A stretch of 64,000 nt of DNA, taken from positions 1 through 64,000 of the forward strand of contig CAUYUJ010000213.1 in assembly GCA_963575745.1 (NCBI GenBank), written 5' to 3'. The DNA is from Prorocentrum cordatum. Taxonomy: Eukaryota. Of this stretch, positions 49,337-60,705 are shown piece after piece (position 1 is the first letter of the stretch; each line of letters opens with the position of its first letter). Position numbers and translations under genes: made by a program. The notes beneath the pieces were generated by a model. That model had not been told where the DNA came from. It worked only from the letters and a program-made list of their open reading frames with translations, and did not search any database.

Positions 49337-52300
49337 GAATTCGCAGAAGCAAAAACAGCATAAACATACACTTTCGGAGCTTCGCGCGGGTTTCTTGAAT
49401 CGGCGTTGGGCACCCCCCCCAGCGGCGCTTCTGGCGCCGCCCCTGGCGCGCTCCGCTCTCCAGGGAGGGGGTCCTGCACCGATTCAAACAAAATCCACGT
49501 GGGGGTCCGAAAGTCCGTGTCTTCTTATTCTAGGAATGGCACGGGCAAGACCACGCTCATGCAGCGCATCTTTCGGTAGCAACTCTTGGGAGCATATCCT
49601 CGTACTTTTCTGGAGCGCATTGCGTTGATCAGCGTCTGGTGCTCGATGAGTGCGCCGATTTAGCTTCGGCTGGCGTGGCTGAGCGTCAGGGCCCGTCGAC
49701 TCAGCGACAAACAGCGTCGAGGAGCGTCGACCAGCGTCGAGCAGCATCGGTTCGCAATAGCCCACAAGATGGTATGGGGAGGCCCCTCCGAGCTGCCGCC
49801 GAAGCCTCGCGGACGGGGCCATTGCGGAGCTCGCCGCCAGCGGGCTGCGGTTCGTGCACATCCGCCACGAGGCCCTGGGCGACGAGGCGGACCTCGCCGC
49901 GCCCGCCGAGCACTTCGCCCGCGGGGTGGTGTGGCCGCCCGGGTGCCCCCGCCCGCCCGCGTACGCGGAGGACCCGCTGGAGCTCGCCTTCGAAGAGGTC
50001 AGTGCGCCCCTGGCCCTGCAGGGTCCTGCAGGATGCGGCGCCCTGGCCGACCCCCGTTTGCATTGACCCCCGTCTCGAGGCTCCCGACGAGGCAGCACGG
50101 GCAGGGGCCCGGGGCGGAGGAACAAAAGCGGGAGGTGAGCCGCAACGGCGGCCACCCCCAAGCGGGGCAGCGCGGACAGGGCCGAGGCCACCCTGCAAAG
50201 CGCTGGGGCTGCGGGAGCGGGCACCACAGCAGGAAAAGTCGCTTAGATCGTAAATCACGAAAGCTTCGCCCGTCTTTGGATTGAGTGTACCTCGGCGAAT
50301 GGCGCCCAGTGGTGCCCAAGAGTGTTCAATCGCGCTCCATAGCGGTTCTTAGCGCCCAAATGACGCCTATTTAGGCCCAGCAGCGACCAATAGCTGGAGC
50401 TCGTCTTCGAACAGGTCACCTTCGAAGAGGTCGCCCTCGAAGAGATCGGCTTGGAGCCGTCTGGGAATCTGAGGTGGCCCAGCCTTGGATCCAGCCAGCA
50501 AGAAGGGCGGGCAGGTTCGAGGTTCTGGGTTCGGGAAGGTATTTCTTTACCTTTCCGTCTCTGGGGGCCGTTTTTTCGGGCCCCGGGAACGTCAAAAACA
50601 GTCCGGCCGGGGTGGACATTTGCACCAGATGGGCGTGGGGGGGGGATCCGGAGATAAATTTTGAGCGGTTTGGGCTTCAGTCCCTCTCCTGACCGATTTT
50701 CTGGGGTCCCCACCAGTTCAGTCCCCCCGGAGAGCCTCTACCCAAAATGATGAAAGAACACACAGGAAATGGACGTCCAAGCGATGGCCAGTCTCCCGAC
50801 CGCCTCCAAAGGTCGGCTTCTCCGAGGAGCTCCGGCGCAGGCCGCTCCGGGAGCTGTCGGGCGGCTGGCGCGTGCGGCTCCTGCTGGCCACGGCGGTCGC
50901 CCGGCGCGCGGACGTGCTGCTGCTGGACGAGCCAACGAACCACCTGGACAGCCAGGCGAAGGACTGGCTCGCCTGGTGGCTGACCAGCGACCCACGAGGC
51001 GTGTTACGTTGCATCTTCGGGGGACCTGGCCTGTCCCCAAAATTTGCGTCTTTTCTTATACCCGACACGGGCTCGATGCGGACTCGACGCGGATTCGGCG
51101 TGGATTCGACGCGGATTCGACACGGATTCGACACGGATCCGACGAGTCCGACATGGATTCGACACGGATTCGACGCGGAGCAGGCCGCGACGGGACAGAC
51201 AAGGTCCCCCGAGGATGCAACATAAGGCGTGACCAGCATGCTGGTGTCGCACGACCGGCAGTTCCTGGACATGGATCAGGGGCAACGATAGGGGGGACAG
51301 GCACAGGGGGGGATACATCGACCCCCGATCGCCCATTGGTCGCCGACAGGGGCCCGATAGCCCGAACCTGCCCAGGAAGGTGCGGATTCACGATCGCAGG
51401 CCTATCGCTGATCTATCGGCGATGTATCGCCGATTCCAGGTCGATGCATCCCCCCTATGCTCAGGAGGGAAAGAAACACACATACACAATTACTGTCGAC
51501 TCCCAAGAAAACATAGGGAAGTATGGGAATTGGGGGGGAAGACGAAACCACAGAAAATATGAGGAAATATAGGGAATCATGTTATTTGTGTGTATTTATT
51601 TGTGTGTCCTTGGGCCCCTTGATATGCCAGTCCCCCCCTATCGTTGCCCCTCAATGGAAGACGAACAACTTGCGTAACCACCAGCTTCCGGAGCTCCGCG
51701 CGGGTCTCCTGCATCGGCGCTGGCCCCTCCCCCCCTGGCGGCGCTCCCAGCGCCGAGACCCCGGCCAGGGGCGGGAGCCCTCCGCCGGTCCAGGAGATCC
51801 GCGAGGAGCTCGGGACGTCGAATGCGTATGCAGTTCTAGTCGATGCTGTAGGACTCCGAAGGCTCGGGGGCGGACAAGAGGGGGGTGATGACTAAGGGGG
51901 GGGTGGATATCATGGCGTGGGCCATGATTATTTTTCCCCAGATTTCATGGCGCCTCTTCTTATTTCATCACGTCCCTGGCCCCCCCGCTGGGCCGCGCAC
52001 ATGCCGCCTGTCATGATTTGCCCCCCCCCCTCTTGGACACCCCCCTCTTGGCCGCTCCCGAGAAGTCTAATGCGTACGCAGTTCTAGTCGATCCTCTGGG
52101 ACTCAGAAGGCGAAAACCCACCCCCACCCCCAGTCCCGAGGCCTATCCCCGAGCCGGTGATTCAAGGGGTCGGGACTGGGGGTGGGGGTGGGTTTTCGCC
52201 TTCCCAAGGACAGCGTCTGCACGGACGTCATCCACTTCGAGGACTGCCAGCTGAGATACTACGCTGGCAACTTCTCGCGCTTCCAGGAGCAGGCTGGGCT

Positions 52301-55300
52301 GGTCGGCGACGCGGCGGCGGAGGCCGTGTTGACAGTGCGCGGCGGCGGCGGCGCTGCGGCGGCCGCAGGCGTTCGGTCGTCCGCGCGCGTGCCAGCGGTC
52401 GGCGCCGAGCGCGCGGTTGAGACCGTGCCGCCGAAGATGTTGTTCCCGATCCCAGGTAGATCGGAGGAGGGCCATTCTCAGAGGAGGGCAAGGCAGTTAC
52501 CCGTACCGCTACCCTCGCCTCCTTTTCCCCCTCTTGGGCCTCCCGGGAGGCCCTGGTCGCCGCCGGCGGAGTCGCCTCGCTGGTCAGAACGCACCCGGGA
52601 GCGGTCTGGGGAGTAGCGGTATTGGTGCTTTCTGAGTTCCCCACGCTCGATGCTCGTTCCTGGGAGCCTTGGGCGGCGACATTGAGGTCAGCCGTTATTT
52701 GTATCTGGACCGCGTTGAAACTGCATGTGGCCCTTCCTGTTCCTCCTATCCCTCCTCGTTCTTCTCGCCCTCCTTGTGAATAGGCGAATCTGGTTCAAAT
52801 CTGGTCCCGAATTCGATCCAGGTCCAGTCCAAATCAGGCCCAAATGGGACAGCGTTGGGGGCCAGGCAAGTTCCCATGGAACGGGCACCACAGGGCCACT
52901 CGAGAACGGCGGCCCTCGTTTGCCTTTTTCGTTCTTGTTGGGACTCGTGGAGGCTTCTCGTCGCCACGACTGGATCCGCGTCGGAAAACGGGTCGGGATG
53001 GGCTCTGCATGGGCTGGGCCTGGCGACCGGTTTTGAGCGGATGTGGGCTTGGCGGGAGGGCGGCCGTTCTCTCTGACGACCTTCCTCCGAGTAGAGTCGA
53101 GGGCGTGTCTAACTCCAAGAAGAGTGTGATAGACATCAAGGGTGCCTCGTACAGATATCCGAGCGCGGCCAGCTATGTGTTGATCGACGTGTGTGCCAAG
53201 GTCACCATGTCGAGCAGGGTGGCCATCATCGGACCGAATGGCTCTGGCAAGAGCACGCTCCTGGCGCTGCTCTGCGGCGAGATCAGGCCTTCTCCTGACG
53301 AGAAGGGCGGGGTTGGTGAGGTCAACCGGCACAGGGCTTTGAGACTGGCGTACATCTCGCAGAGCCACGCCTTCCACCTGGCTGACTACGCCCGTTGCAG
53401 CGCGGTGCAGTACGTCCAGCACCGCTACCAGAACGGGTACGACGAGGAGCTCCAGAAGAGGCTGAACTCGCCGTCCAGCGAGACCGAGGAGGCGGCTTTG
53501 GCCTCCCTCGCCCGCAGGTTCGGGAAGTCTGGCAGCAGGGTCGAGGCGGTCGTCTCCCGCACGAGGCGCCGCGGCGAGTGGAGGTACGAGGTCCAGTGGC
53601 GGGACCTCTCGGAGAAGCAGAACACCCTGGAGCCCCTGGCGACACTGCGGCGGCTGGGCGTCGAGAGGATGGCGACGGCGCTGGACGAGCGGCTGGCGGC
53701 AGCGCAGGCCGGCACGGACGACAGGCCGCTGACCCAGAGGGAGATAGTGAAGCACTTCGAGAATTTCGGCCTCCCGGAGGAGCTCGTGGCCAACAGGGCC
53801 GTCGGCAGCTACTCGGGCGGCCAGAAGTCGAAGCTCATCCTCGGGGCGGCCCTCTGGACCAAGCCGCACGTGGTGTGTCTAGACTCGGCGGCGAGCGAGG
53901 GGGGGAAGTGAGAAGCAGAAGGCCTTTCAGAGGGCGGTGGGACTTCTCTCAGAAGCCCTCGCGCCTTCTGAGAAGCTTTGTCTGTGTCTTCGGGGAAGGC
54001 TTAAGTCGCGCGTGCCCCCCTACAGGGGGAATATCCAGAAATAATACAAAAATAGTCTGGGGACGGGTTGTTTTACTATTTTTGAGTATGTGGTGGGCAT
54101 GTTTTGGTTTTTTGTTATATTTGTCGCCCAACATCCCCCTGTAGGGGGACACGCCCGACCTAAGGGAAGGCTTAGAACACTTCTCAGAAGGCCAGGGGCC
54201 TCCCGAGCCTCTTGAGGAGGCCTTCGCCGTCTCGCTTCTTCCCCCCCCCGCCCACCGCCGACGGACGAGCCCACGAACTTCCTGGATGCCTCGGGCTGCA
54301 CGCCTGCGACCGCCGAGCGCCGCCTCCCCGGCTGCTCCGGGCCCCCATGCGCTCTGGGTGCGTCCGGCCTCGTCCTCGGGGGGCTCGGGGCGGGGAGACT
54401 CGGCGGCGAGCGAGGGGGGGACGCGAGAAGGAGAAGGCCTTCTCAGAAGGCTCGGAGGTCCCCGAGAAGTTTTCTGAGCCTTCCCCGAAGACACAGGAAA
54501 CTTCTCAGGCGCGAGGGCTTCTGAGAGGTCCCGCCGCCTTCTGAGAGGACCTTCTGCTTCTCACTTCCCCCCCCCCGCTCACCGCTGGGAGACAAGAGAG
54601 GGGAGACCGCGTGGGCCGTCAAGGGCAGGACGGGGACGTCACAGGGGTGCTTGCATGAGGAGCTGGGCGAGCGGCATGGTCGGCATGTGGTGTGGAGTTC
54701 CTACTTCCAAGGACTGGGTGGATGATTATTGTGGATCCCCCGCCCGACGGTGCCCATTTTGCGATTTTGTCCATGCGCCCCCCTGGTGCTAGCATGCAAA
54801 TTGTGTTACTAGAGCCCCCTGGCTACAGCAACTGCAGTCAGTGTTATACTTTGTGGTCTCATCGGCTTGCGTGTAAAGCAGCACATCAACATGTATATCC
54901 TGAACCCTCGATACCCGCCCTCGTCGTCTTCGACTGTATCCCCTCGGTTGTGTGTCTGCCTGACTTGCCACGTGTAGTAAGCGCAGGACGAGGAGTGAGA
55001 CAGGACAGAAAGAGAGAGATGGAGAGAGAAACTGAGAATGAGAAAGCGAGGAGGACAGCAGTGCGGGAAGGGAGCCACGAAGGGCATCGAAGGTGCTACG
55101 AGGGCAGGGACAGAGCTGCGAAAGGAAGGCGACTGCGGAACCACGATGGGCAGCGAGGGGCATCGAGGGCGGGCGAAGGGCAGCGACGGGCGACTGCGGT
55201 CCCTGACGAGCGGGTCGGGCGGGCGGATCCAGATGGTCGGGTCAATCGGACGGGTCGCTGAAGCGTGAGTCCTGCAGGCATGGCCAGGAAGTCTCCAGCG

Positions 55301-58300
55301 ATGGCGCCATTCCAAAGTAAATCTGGAGGACGTCCTGAGCAAGAGCGTGATTCCTGAGTGTCGAGGGCGTGGCGTCTGAATAATCGCTTTGAAGTCCCGC
55401 GCGAGAGCGCGATTCCTTGGAAGTCCCGAGCGAGAGCACGATTCTTCAATACATCGTGAGGAAGTATAATGCTGGAGCCGTGGTCGTTGTAGTTCGGGGG
55501 GGTCAGCACTAAATATTTTTCAGAATCGAAAGTTCGACGGCGCTGGACTGGGACTTCATTACGCTGTGCAATCCCGCTCGCGCCCGAGACCCTTCGGATT
55601 TTTGTACAAGAGCGGTCGCGGAAGGGGATGGAAGGCGATGGACGGCGATGATTAGGAGGGTGAATCGCATACAGAGGAAGGAAAGGAGGAGGAGAAAGCC
55701 GAGGACTAGGACGAGGAGTATGACGAAGAGGGGGAAACATGAAACGAGTTGGCAAAGGAGTAGGATGAGACGTGTAGTAATGATGATTCGTGTTATGTTT
55801 GAGGAGACGCCAGGAGGAAACGGTCGAGGAGGAGGAGGTGGAGGAGGGTCAGGCAGGTCATGTATAGGATGTAGATAATGAGGGTGGGAAGGGAGGCGAG
55901 GACGATAAGGAGGAGTAACATGCAGTCTAGGAGGAATAGCAGGGCATATTATGGATCTGATGAAAAAGAAAGTGAGGAGGGGAAGGGATGTGAAGGATGA
56001 CGAGGAGGAGGAGGAGTGCTAGTGATATGCAGAGGGGGAGGAGGAAGAGGAAGACGAGGACGAAGACGACGAGGAGGTCCAGGAGAAGGAACAGCACCGC
56101 CAGCACGATGATACGCGACATGGACGAGTTCGAAGGGGAGTGCCCGCCAGTACGGGGGCGTGCGGATTTCGAGACCGTTGCGGCGCTTTCCCGTGCGTTG
56201 CGCCTCTTCAGGGGCGGGGTCGTGATCGTGAGCCACAACGAGGACTTCCCTCCTCCGTCCCTCCCTTTCCCCCTCCCTTCTCCCGCTCCCGCCGCCGCGT
56301 GTTTTTTCGCCTGCTTCCCGTCCCTCATGTCCCCTCCATCACCACCTCCGTCATCGCCGTGTTTCTCCATCCCTTCATCCTGCCTCCTCCTCCTTCTGTC
56401 CATCTTTCCGCTCTCCTCCTCATCCCTTTTCCTCCTTGCCCTCCCCCCCTCGCCACCCTCGTCCGTCCCCCCCTGCCTCGTGCCCCTGCTGTTTTCCCCC
56501 CTGCCCACCTCCCCTTCCCGTCCATCTGCTCCTTTCCACCAGCTGTATCCCCTCCCTTCCCCTCGGCACGGCACGACGCATCGGCACGGCCCCCCTTCCC
56601 TTCCCCTCGGCAAGTCAATGGGCCAGTAGACGCGACTTCGAACGGGCGGAATTGCTTGCCCCGGAGATCCCCACATGCGAAGGTTGGCATTTCGTGTGTA
56701 TATACAGATATGTATCAGAAGATAGGGGGGGAATTCCGGGGGCCGGGAGCCCTGGAGCGCACTGGTTCGGTACCCTCCTTTTTTGGACCCGTCGGGGGGC
56801 GCCAGAGGCGTCAAAGGAGGGGAAGGGGGGCGACGAGAGGGCCCGAGACGGCATCGCCGCCACTACCCCCAGGGGAGGCATCAGGAGGGGGCGCCAATGG
56901 GAACATCAGGAGGGACACCCATATCAACGTCAGGTTCTTCAGGTTCAGCATTGGTCCTGACCAAGATTCCATTGATGACTGGGTGGGGCAACTTCCGCAG
57001 CTCGGCGAACTTCTCACTGCTTTGCGTCTGCTTGTGGTGCTCGGCCATGTCGGGGTCGGCTGCCGCTGCTTTGGCACCTGCGGCCTTCGCCAGGAAATCC
57101 TCTGGCCTGGCCTGCCAATGCGGTGCAGCTTGCTCCGCGCGCGCTTCGCCTCGTTGCCGGCGGATCTGCGCTGCGTTTTCTTCGGCCTCCCGCTCCAGCA
57201 CTTCGATCTCCTGAATCATGTCCTCTGTCGCCGACTGATTGCTAGGTATGTCCGCCCGAAGCTGGGCGGGCATCTTGTTGTAATCGGCGGCCTGTTGTGT
57301 CCGCGACACTTCTTCCGCTCGGAATGGGGCGCCTTGCGTGCTGGACTTGGCGGCCGCAACGCGCGACGCTGGCTTCGCAAGTCTTATTCCACTCGCTTAC
57401 GGGCGCCAGGAAAAACATGGTCATATTCGTCGGCGAAGCTAGCACATTTGATGAGCAGTCCTAAGTTGCAATAAGTTGCAATCCGTTTGTGCAACGCGTC
57501 GCGCTTGGCAGCGGGCTGGTCCTTCTCATTCTCATCCTTGTCGACCGGGTCGGTGCTCGGTGGGACGACGTCGTTTTGTTTTGTTTGTTTTTCTCGCTTT
57601 GGCGTCCGCTGACATGGTCCCGAGTTGCTGCTGCATGGCTTTCTACTCGGAGTTCCACGGCGCGGGCGTAGGCTCCCCCCCTTGAGTCAGTCCCGCCGAC
57701 TTCACAGGGTTGGAGCACGCTGCTGCTCCAAGACTGTGGCTGCCTTCCGCGCTTGGACAGTGATGAACTGCGGGGCGGCATCGCCGCATCTGCATTGAAC
57801 TCTGCTCGCCCAGTTCCTGGGGGTGCCACAGCGAGAGCCCCCCCACGTTCCGCAAGCCGGGCGAAGGCTGGCGAACCCGGGGTTGCTAAACCGGAGTTCC
57901 GGGACATTGATTGGCGCGTTGGGCTTTCTTCTGGGAACGTGTCTTCTTGTTCTGTCCCTACCTCTTTGTTAATTCAAGCTTCGCGCGGCCCGCTTAGCTT
58001 CGACCGGAAGAGGTGCGCTTTCGACTTGCGAATCCAAAAAAATGTCTTTTTGTTCCGGGAAGACCGTTTTAGCAGCCACGGATTTGCCAGCCCTCGCCCA
58101 GCTTCCGAACGTTGGCTTTGTCAGGCTTGGTGGTCGGGGGCCGTCCTGCGCCATGGCACCGGCGACGAGGACGTCGGATCGCCACCTGCGCAGGGCGGCG
58201 CACACGCTTGCGCGCCGCGGGGCAGGGGCGGCCCGCGCACTGAGGTTGTCCTGGCCCTGGGCGAACGGGCCGCACATGTTGAAGGCTGCCGCGGATGGGC

Positions 58301-59071
58301 GGTGCGTATCCGCTTGGTCCCCGCGGGGACCTCGCATCTTGAGCCAGCGTGGCCACGGACTTCGAGTGATCAGGAGGGGAAAAACACACAGACACAATGA
58401 ATCGCACATTCCGAGGAAAATGGGAAAATATGGGAAGTGGGGGGGGCGGAAGACAAAAACACAGGAAATATGGGAAAATATGAGGAGTCATGCTATTCGC
58501 GTGTATTTATTTGTGTGTCCCAGGACCCCTTTAAGTGAGTGCGACCACTGGTGAGTCTGAGTGCGAGTAAGTCTGAGCGTGAGCGCGTCTGGGTATAATC
58601 AAGTGAGTCTGTCAGCGAGTCCGAGCATGGGGCGAGTCTGGGTGCGGGTGCGGACAGGGAGGAAGAGCGGGGACTATGGAGTGGGAGGCGGAGGCACAAC
58701 GCTAACGATAAGGACTACGTGCATAGCCGGCACATCGGATACAGATGACATGCATGCGCAGCACATGAACAACACACGCCAGAGCTTTCAGTCCATGCCG
58801 GTCGGCAGTCAGGTGCAAATTAGGACGAAGACGAAGGTGACGGCGAGGGGTGCACGGATGTGGGGGAGAAGTGCTGTCAGGGAGGATGGCGGGGGAGATG
58901 GGGCGAGGCGTGGGAGGCGCAGCAGCGGAGGAGAAGGAGGTGGAGGTGGAGGAGGAGGAGGAGTAGGAGGAGGAGGAGTTGGTGGCATGGGAAGCGTGCC
59001 TTGGGGTTCCTCGCACACGCGTGCGTCCGCAGGACTTCCTCGCCGAGGTCTGCAACGAGATCTGGAGTGTG
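49167..59071 (+). CDS. eEF3: eEF3/New1-like ABC-F ATPase (tandem ABC domains, chromodomain-like insert), multi-exon, 5' end unresolved
   Basis: Manual exons: 49167-49336, 49534-~49567, ~49805-49925, 50163-50201, 50812-50998, 51227-51267, 52209-52455, ~53091-53881, 54264-54284, 56165-56242, 59033-~59071. They join to RYGVVGRNGTGKTT...VHIRHE...LQSVGF..LSGGW..LLLDEPTNHLD..LVSHDRQFLDSVCTDVIHFEDCQLRYYAGNFSRF..FPIPGRVEGV..SRVAIIGPNGSGKST..AYISQ..YEVQW..YSGGQKSK..VCLDEPTNFLDFETVAALSRALRLFRGGVVIVSHNEDFLAEVCNEIWSV, colinear with eEF3 motifs. Confidence 0.9.
50812..50998 (+). CDS. eEF3-like exon: ABC1 signature and Walker B
   Basis: VGFSEELRRRPLRELSGGWRVRLLLATAVARRADVLLLDEPTNHLD; AG acceptor, GC donor. 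Confidence 0.92.
51004..51225. mobile_element. Introner-like TIR element forming the GC-AG intron 50999-51226, TSD GGCGTG
   Basis: TTACGTTGCATCTTCGGGGGACCT...AGGTCCCCCGAGGATGCAACATAA. GGCGTG at 50998-51003 and 51226-51231. Internal GGATTCGAC(A/G)C repeats. Confidence 0.9.
51461..51622. mobile_element. MITE family B, TSD TATGC, inside an ABC-gene intron
   Basis: TATGC at 51456-51460 and 51623-51627. Homologous to the other family B copies. Confidence 0.85.
51864..52061. mobile_element. MITE family F (TCGGGGGCGG.AAGAGGGGGGT...ACCCCCCTCTTGGCCGCTCCCGA), 50-bp flanking duplication
   Basis: 51814-51863 vs 52062-52111 match at 43 of 50 positions. Confidence 0.85.
52209..52455 (+). CDS. eEF3-like exon: end of ABC1 and linker
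   Basis: DSVCTDVIHFEDCQLRYYAGNFSRF...MLFPIP; AG acceptor, GT donor. Confidence 0.9.
53091..53881 (+). CDS. eEF3-like exon: ABC2 with chromodomain-like insertion
   Basis: GPNGSGKST; RVEAVVSRTRRRGEWRYEVQWRDLSEKQNTLE; RPLTQREIVKHFENFGL; YSGGQKSKLILGAALWTKPHVVCL. Confidence 0.95.
53885..54261. mobile_element. TIR element (family G) filling the intron inside ABC2 Walker B; second copy 54400-54588 with TSD GAGAC
   Basis: TCGGCGGCGAGCGAGGGGGGG at both left ends; CCCCCCCCGC(C/T)CACCGC at both right ends. Confidence 0.8.
54001..54163. mobile_element. MITE family E, TSD GGGAAGGC, nested in an intronic TIR element
   Basis: GGGAAGGC at 53993-54000 and 54164-54171. Confidence 0.85.
54264..54284 (+). 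CDS. 21-bp micro-exon DEPTNFL (ABC2 Walker B end and D-loop)
   Basis: GACGAGCCCACGAACTTCCTG supplies exactly the residues missing between VCL and DFETV. Confidence 0.85.
56165..56242 (+). CDS. eEF3-like exon: ABC2 H-loop
   Basis: DFETVAALSRALRLFRGGVVIVSHNE; AG|GA donor. Confidence 0.9.
56881..57309 (-). pseudogene. Helical, coiled-coil-like ORF remnant, possibly retroelement ORF1
   Basis: Protein-like composition (EDMIQEIEVLEREAEENAAQ...EKFAELRKL), antisense inside an intron. No diagnostic motif. Confidence 0.3.
58370..58533. mobile_element. MITE family B, TSD AGTGA
   Basis: AGTGA at 58365-58369 and 58534-58538. Homologous to the other family B copies. Confidence 0.8.
59033..59071 (+). CDS. 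eEF3-like exon DFLAEVCNEIWSV
   Basis: CAG acceptor; 9-bp junction repeat AGGACTTCC is shared with the previous exon end. Confidence 0.85.
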
Positions 59072-59093
59072 CTCCCTCTGCTGCTGCTTCTGC

Positions 59094-59134
<41 letters not shown>

Positions 59135-60147
59135 CAGCCGCTGCTGCTGGCCGCTCCCGATGCTAATGCGGGGGCGCCGCAGGCGGCGGCAGCATACGAC
59201 GACGTCGCCTAGCGGCGATGACCACGATGAGGGTGGCGACGATGGCCCTGAAGATGACGGCGATGAGGTCGATGTTCATGTTTGTGATGGGGCATCCTTT
59301 ACGTGGACGTCGACCGCCAGCACGATCATGGATTGTGGTGGTGAAAGCGACGGCGGCGCAGTTGGCGACGATGTGACCGTGACGGCGAATGTGATAATAA
59401 TCATGGTGATGCCGATCATTGTGATGACAGGAGTTGGTTCGCCTTGATGGGCAGCACGACTACCCAACCAATTTGGGGAGAGGGGGAGGGACATGCACAA
59501 GCGCAGCACGATTGGGGGTTGCGAGTAGGGGGGGTAGGACGATGGAAACAGAGCACCACGAGAAGACGGAGGACGAGTGCGCTCTAGGTTTGTATGAGCT
59601 TACTTGGGGCTTCAGGAGGGGAGGGGAGGAAATGCGTTCTGCCCTACTCCTCCTTCCTTGTGTTCCTTCCTGGTTCACCTCCCTCCTGCCTCCTCCCCGT
59701 CCTCCTCCTCCGTGCAGTCGGCCGACGCTGCCAGCTCAAGATGCCCTTGCGTCCTGTGCCGCGCGGCCCATGCCTTCTTACACTCCTGTGGCGATGCGGC
59801 CCCCCGAGGGGTCCTGTGTCCTCTCGCGTGTCCCGTCCAATCCAGTCCCACTGTAGCTGTTTCGGTCCACGCCTGTTGGCTCAAGGACCTGTCGTCTCGA
59901 GGTGGCCTGTCCTCGGTGTCACCCCAACATACTTACACTATGTGTGCATCCCCCCCGGGGGTGACGCGCGCACCGAGCAATATTATAGTGTATGCGTCGT
60001 GGCGGGTGCTTTCTGGCCACGCCGCTCGGGAAACGCCATACTGAAATATAGGTATACTATATATATATATATAGATCTGTATATATTGTATATATACACA
60101 TTTGTGCATATATATATATATATGTATATTCGGGTCGGACGCGCGTT

Positions 60148-60227
<80 letters not shown>

Positions 60228-60501
60228 GGGAGGACATGTAGTGTTAGCATGTCTCTGTGTGTCCCACTCTCGTCTCGAGGTGGCCCGTTCGGCCCCCGTT
60301 CGCCCCCCGCCCCGAGCCTCCCGGGGCCCCCTCGCCCCTCTCTCCCATTCGGGCTCTCGCCGCGCTCCGCGCGCGCTCGGCCTCCTGCCCCCCTCGCTCC
60401 TCTGGGGGGCTCCTCGGGTTGGGGAGGACGATCAAAATGGGAGGAAGCACGTCGCCAAATACTTCGCAGATGCCTACAACATGTTTTAAACATCAAGAAC
60501 C

Positions 60502-60705
60502 TCGGGGGCGGAAAAGAGGGGGGTGATGACTAGTGGGGGTGGATCTCATGGTGTCGGCCATGATATCTCCCCAGATTTCATGGCGCCTCTTCTTATTTCA
60601 TTACGTCCCTGGCCCCCCCGCTGGGCCGCGCACATGCCGCCGGTCATGATTTGCCCCCCCCCCCCCCCCCCCCCTTTTGGACACCCCCCTCTTGGCCGCT
60701 CCCGA
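60502..60705. mobile_element. MITE family F, 17-bp flanking duplication
   Basis: TTTAAACATCAAGAA(C/A)C at 60485-60501 and 60706-60722. Further copies at ~23298-23458 and, partial, ~48135-48250. Confidence 0.85.

Noticed and set aside
52688..53869. 393-aa minus-strand ORF
   Set aside because: It is the antisense shadow of the high-GC3 ABC2 exon.
59870..59886. Relic dinoflagellate spliced leader (TTGGCTCAAG)
   Set aside because: Only the last ~10 nt match and no gene start follows, so chance is a sufficient explanation.
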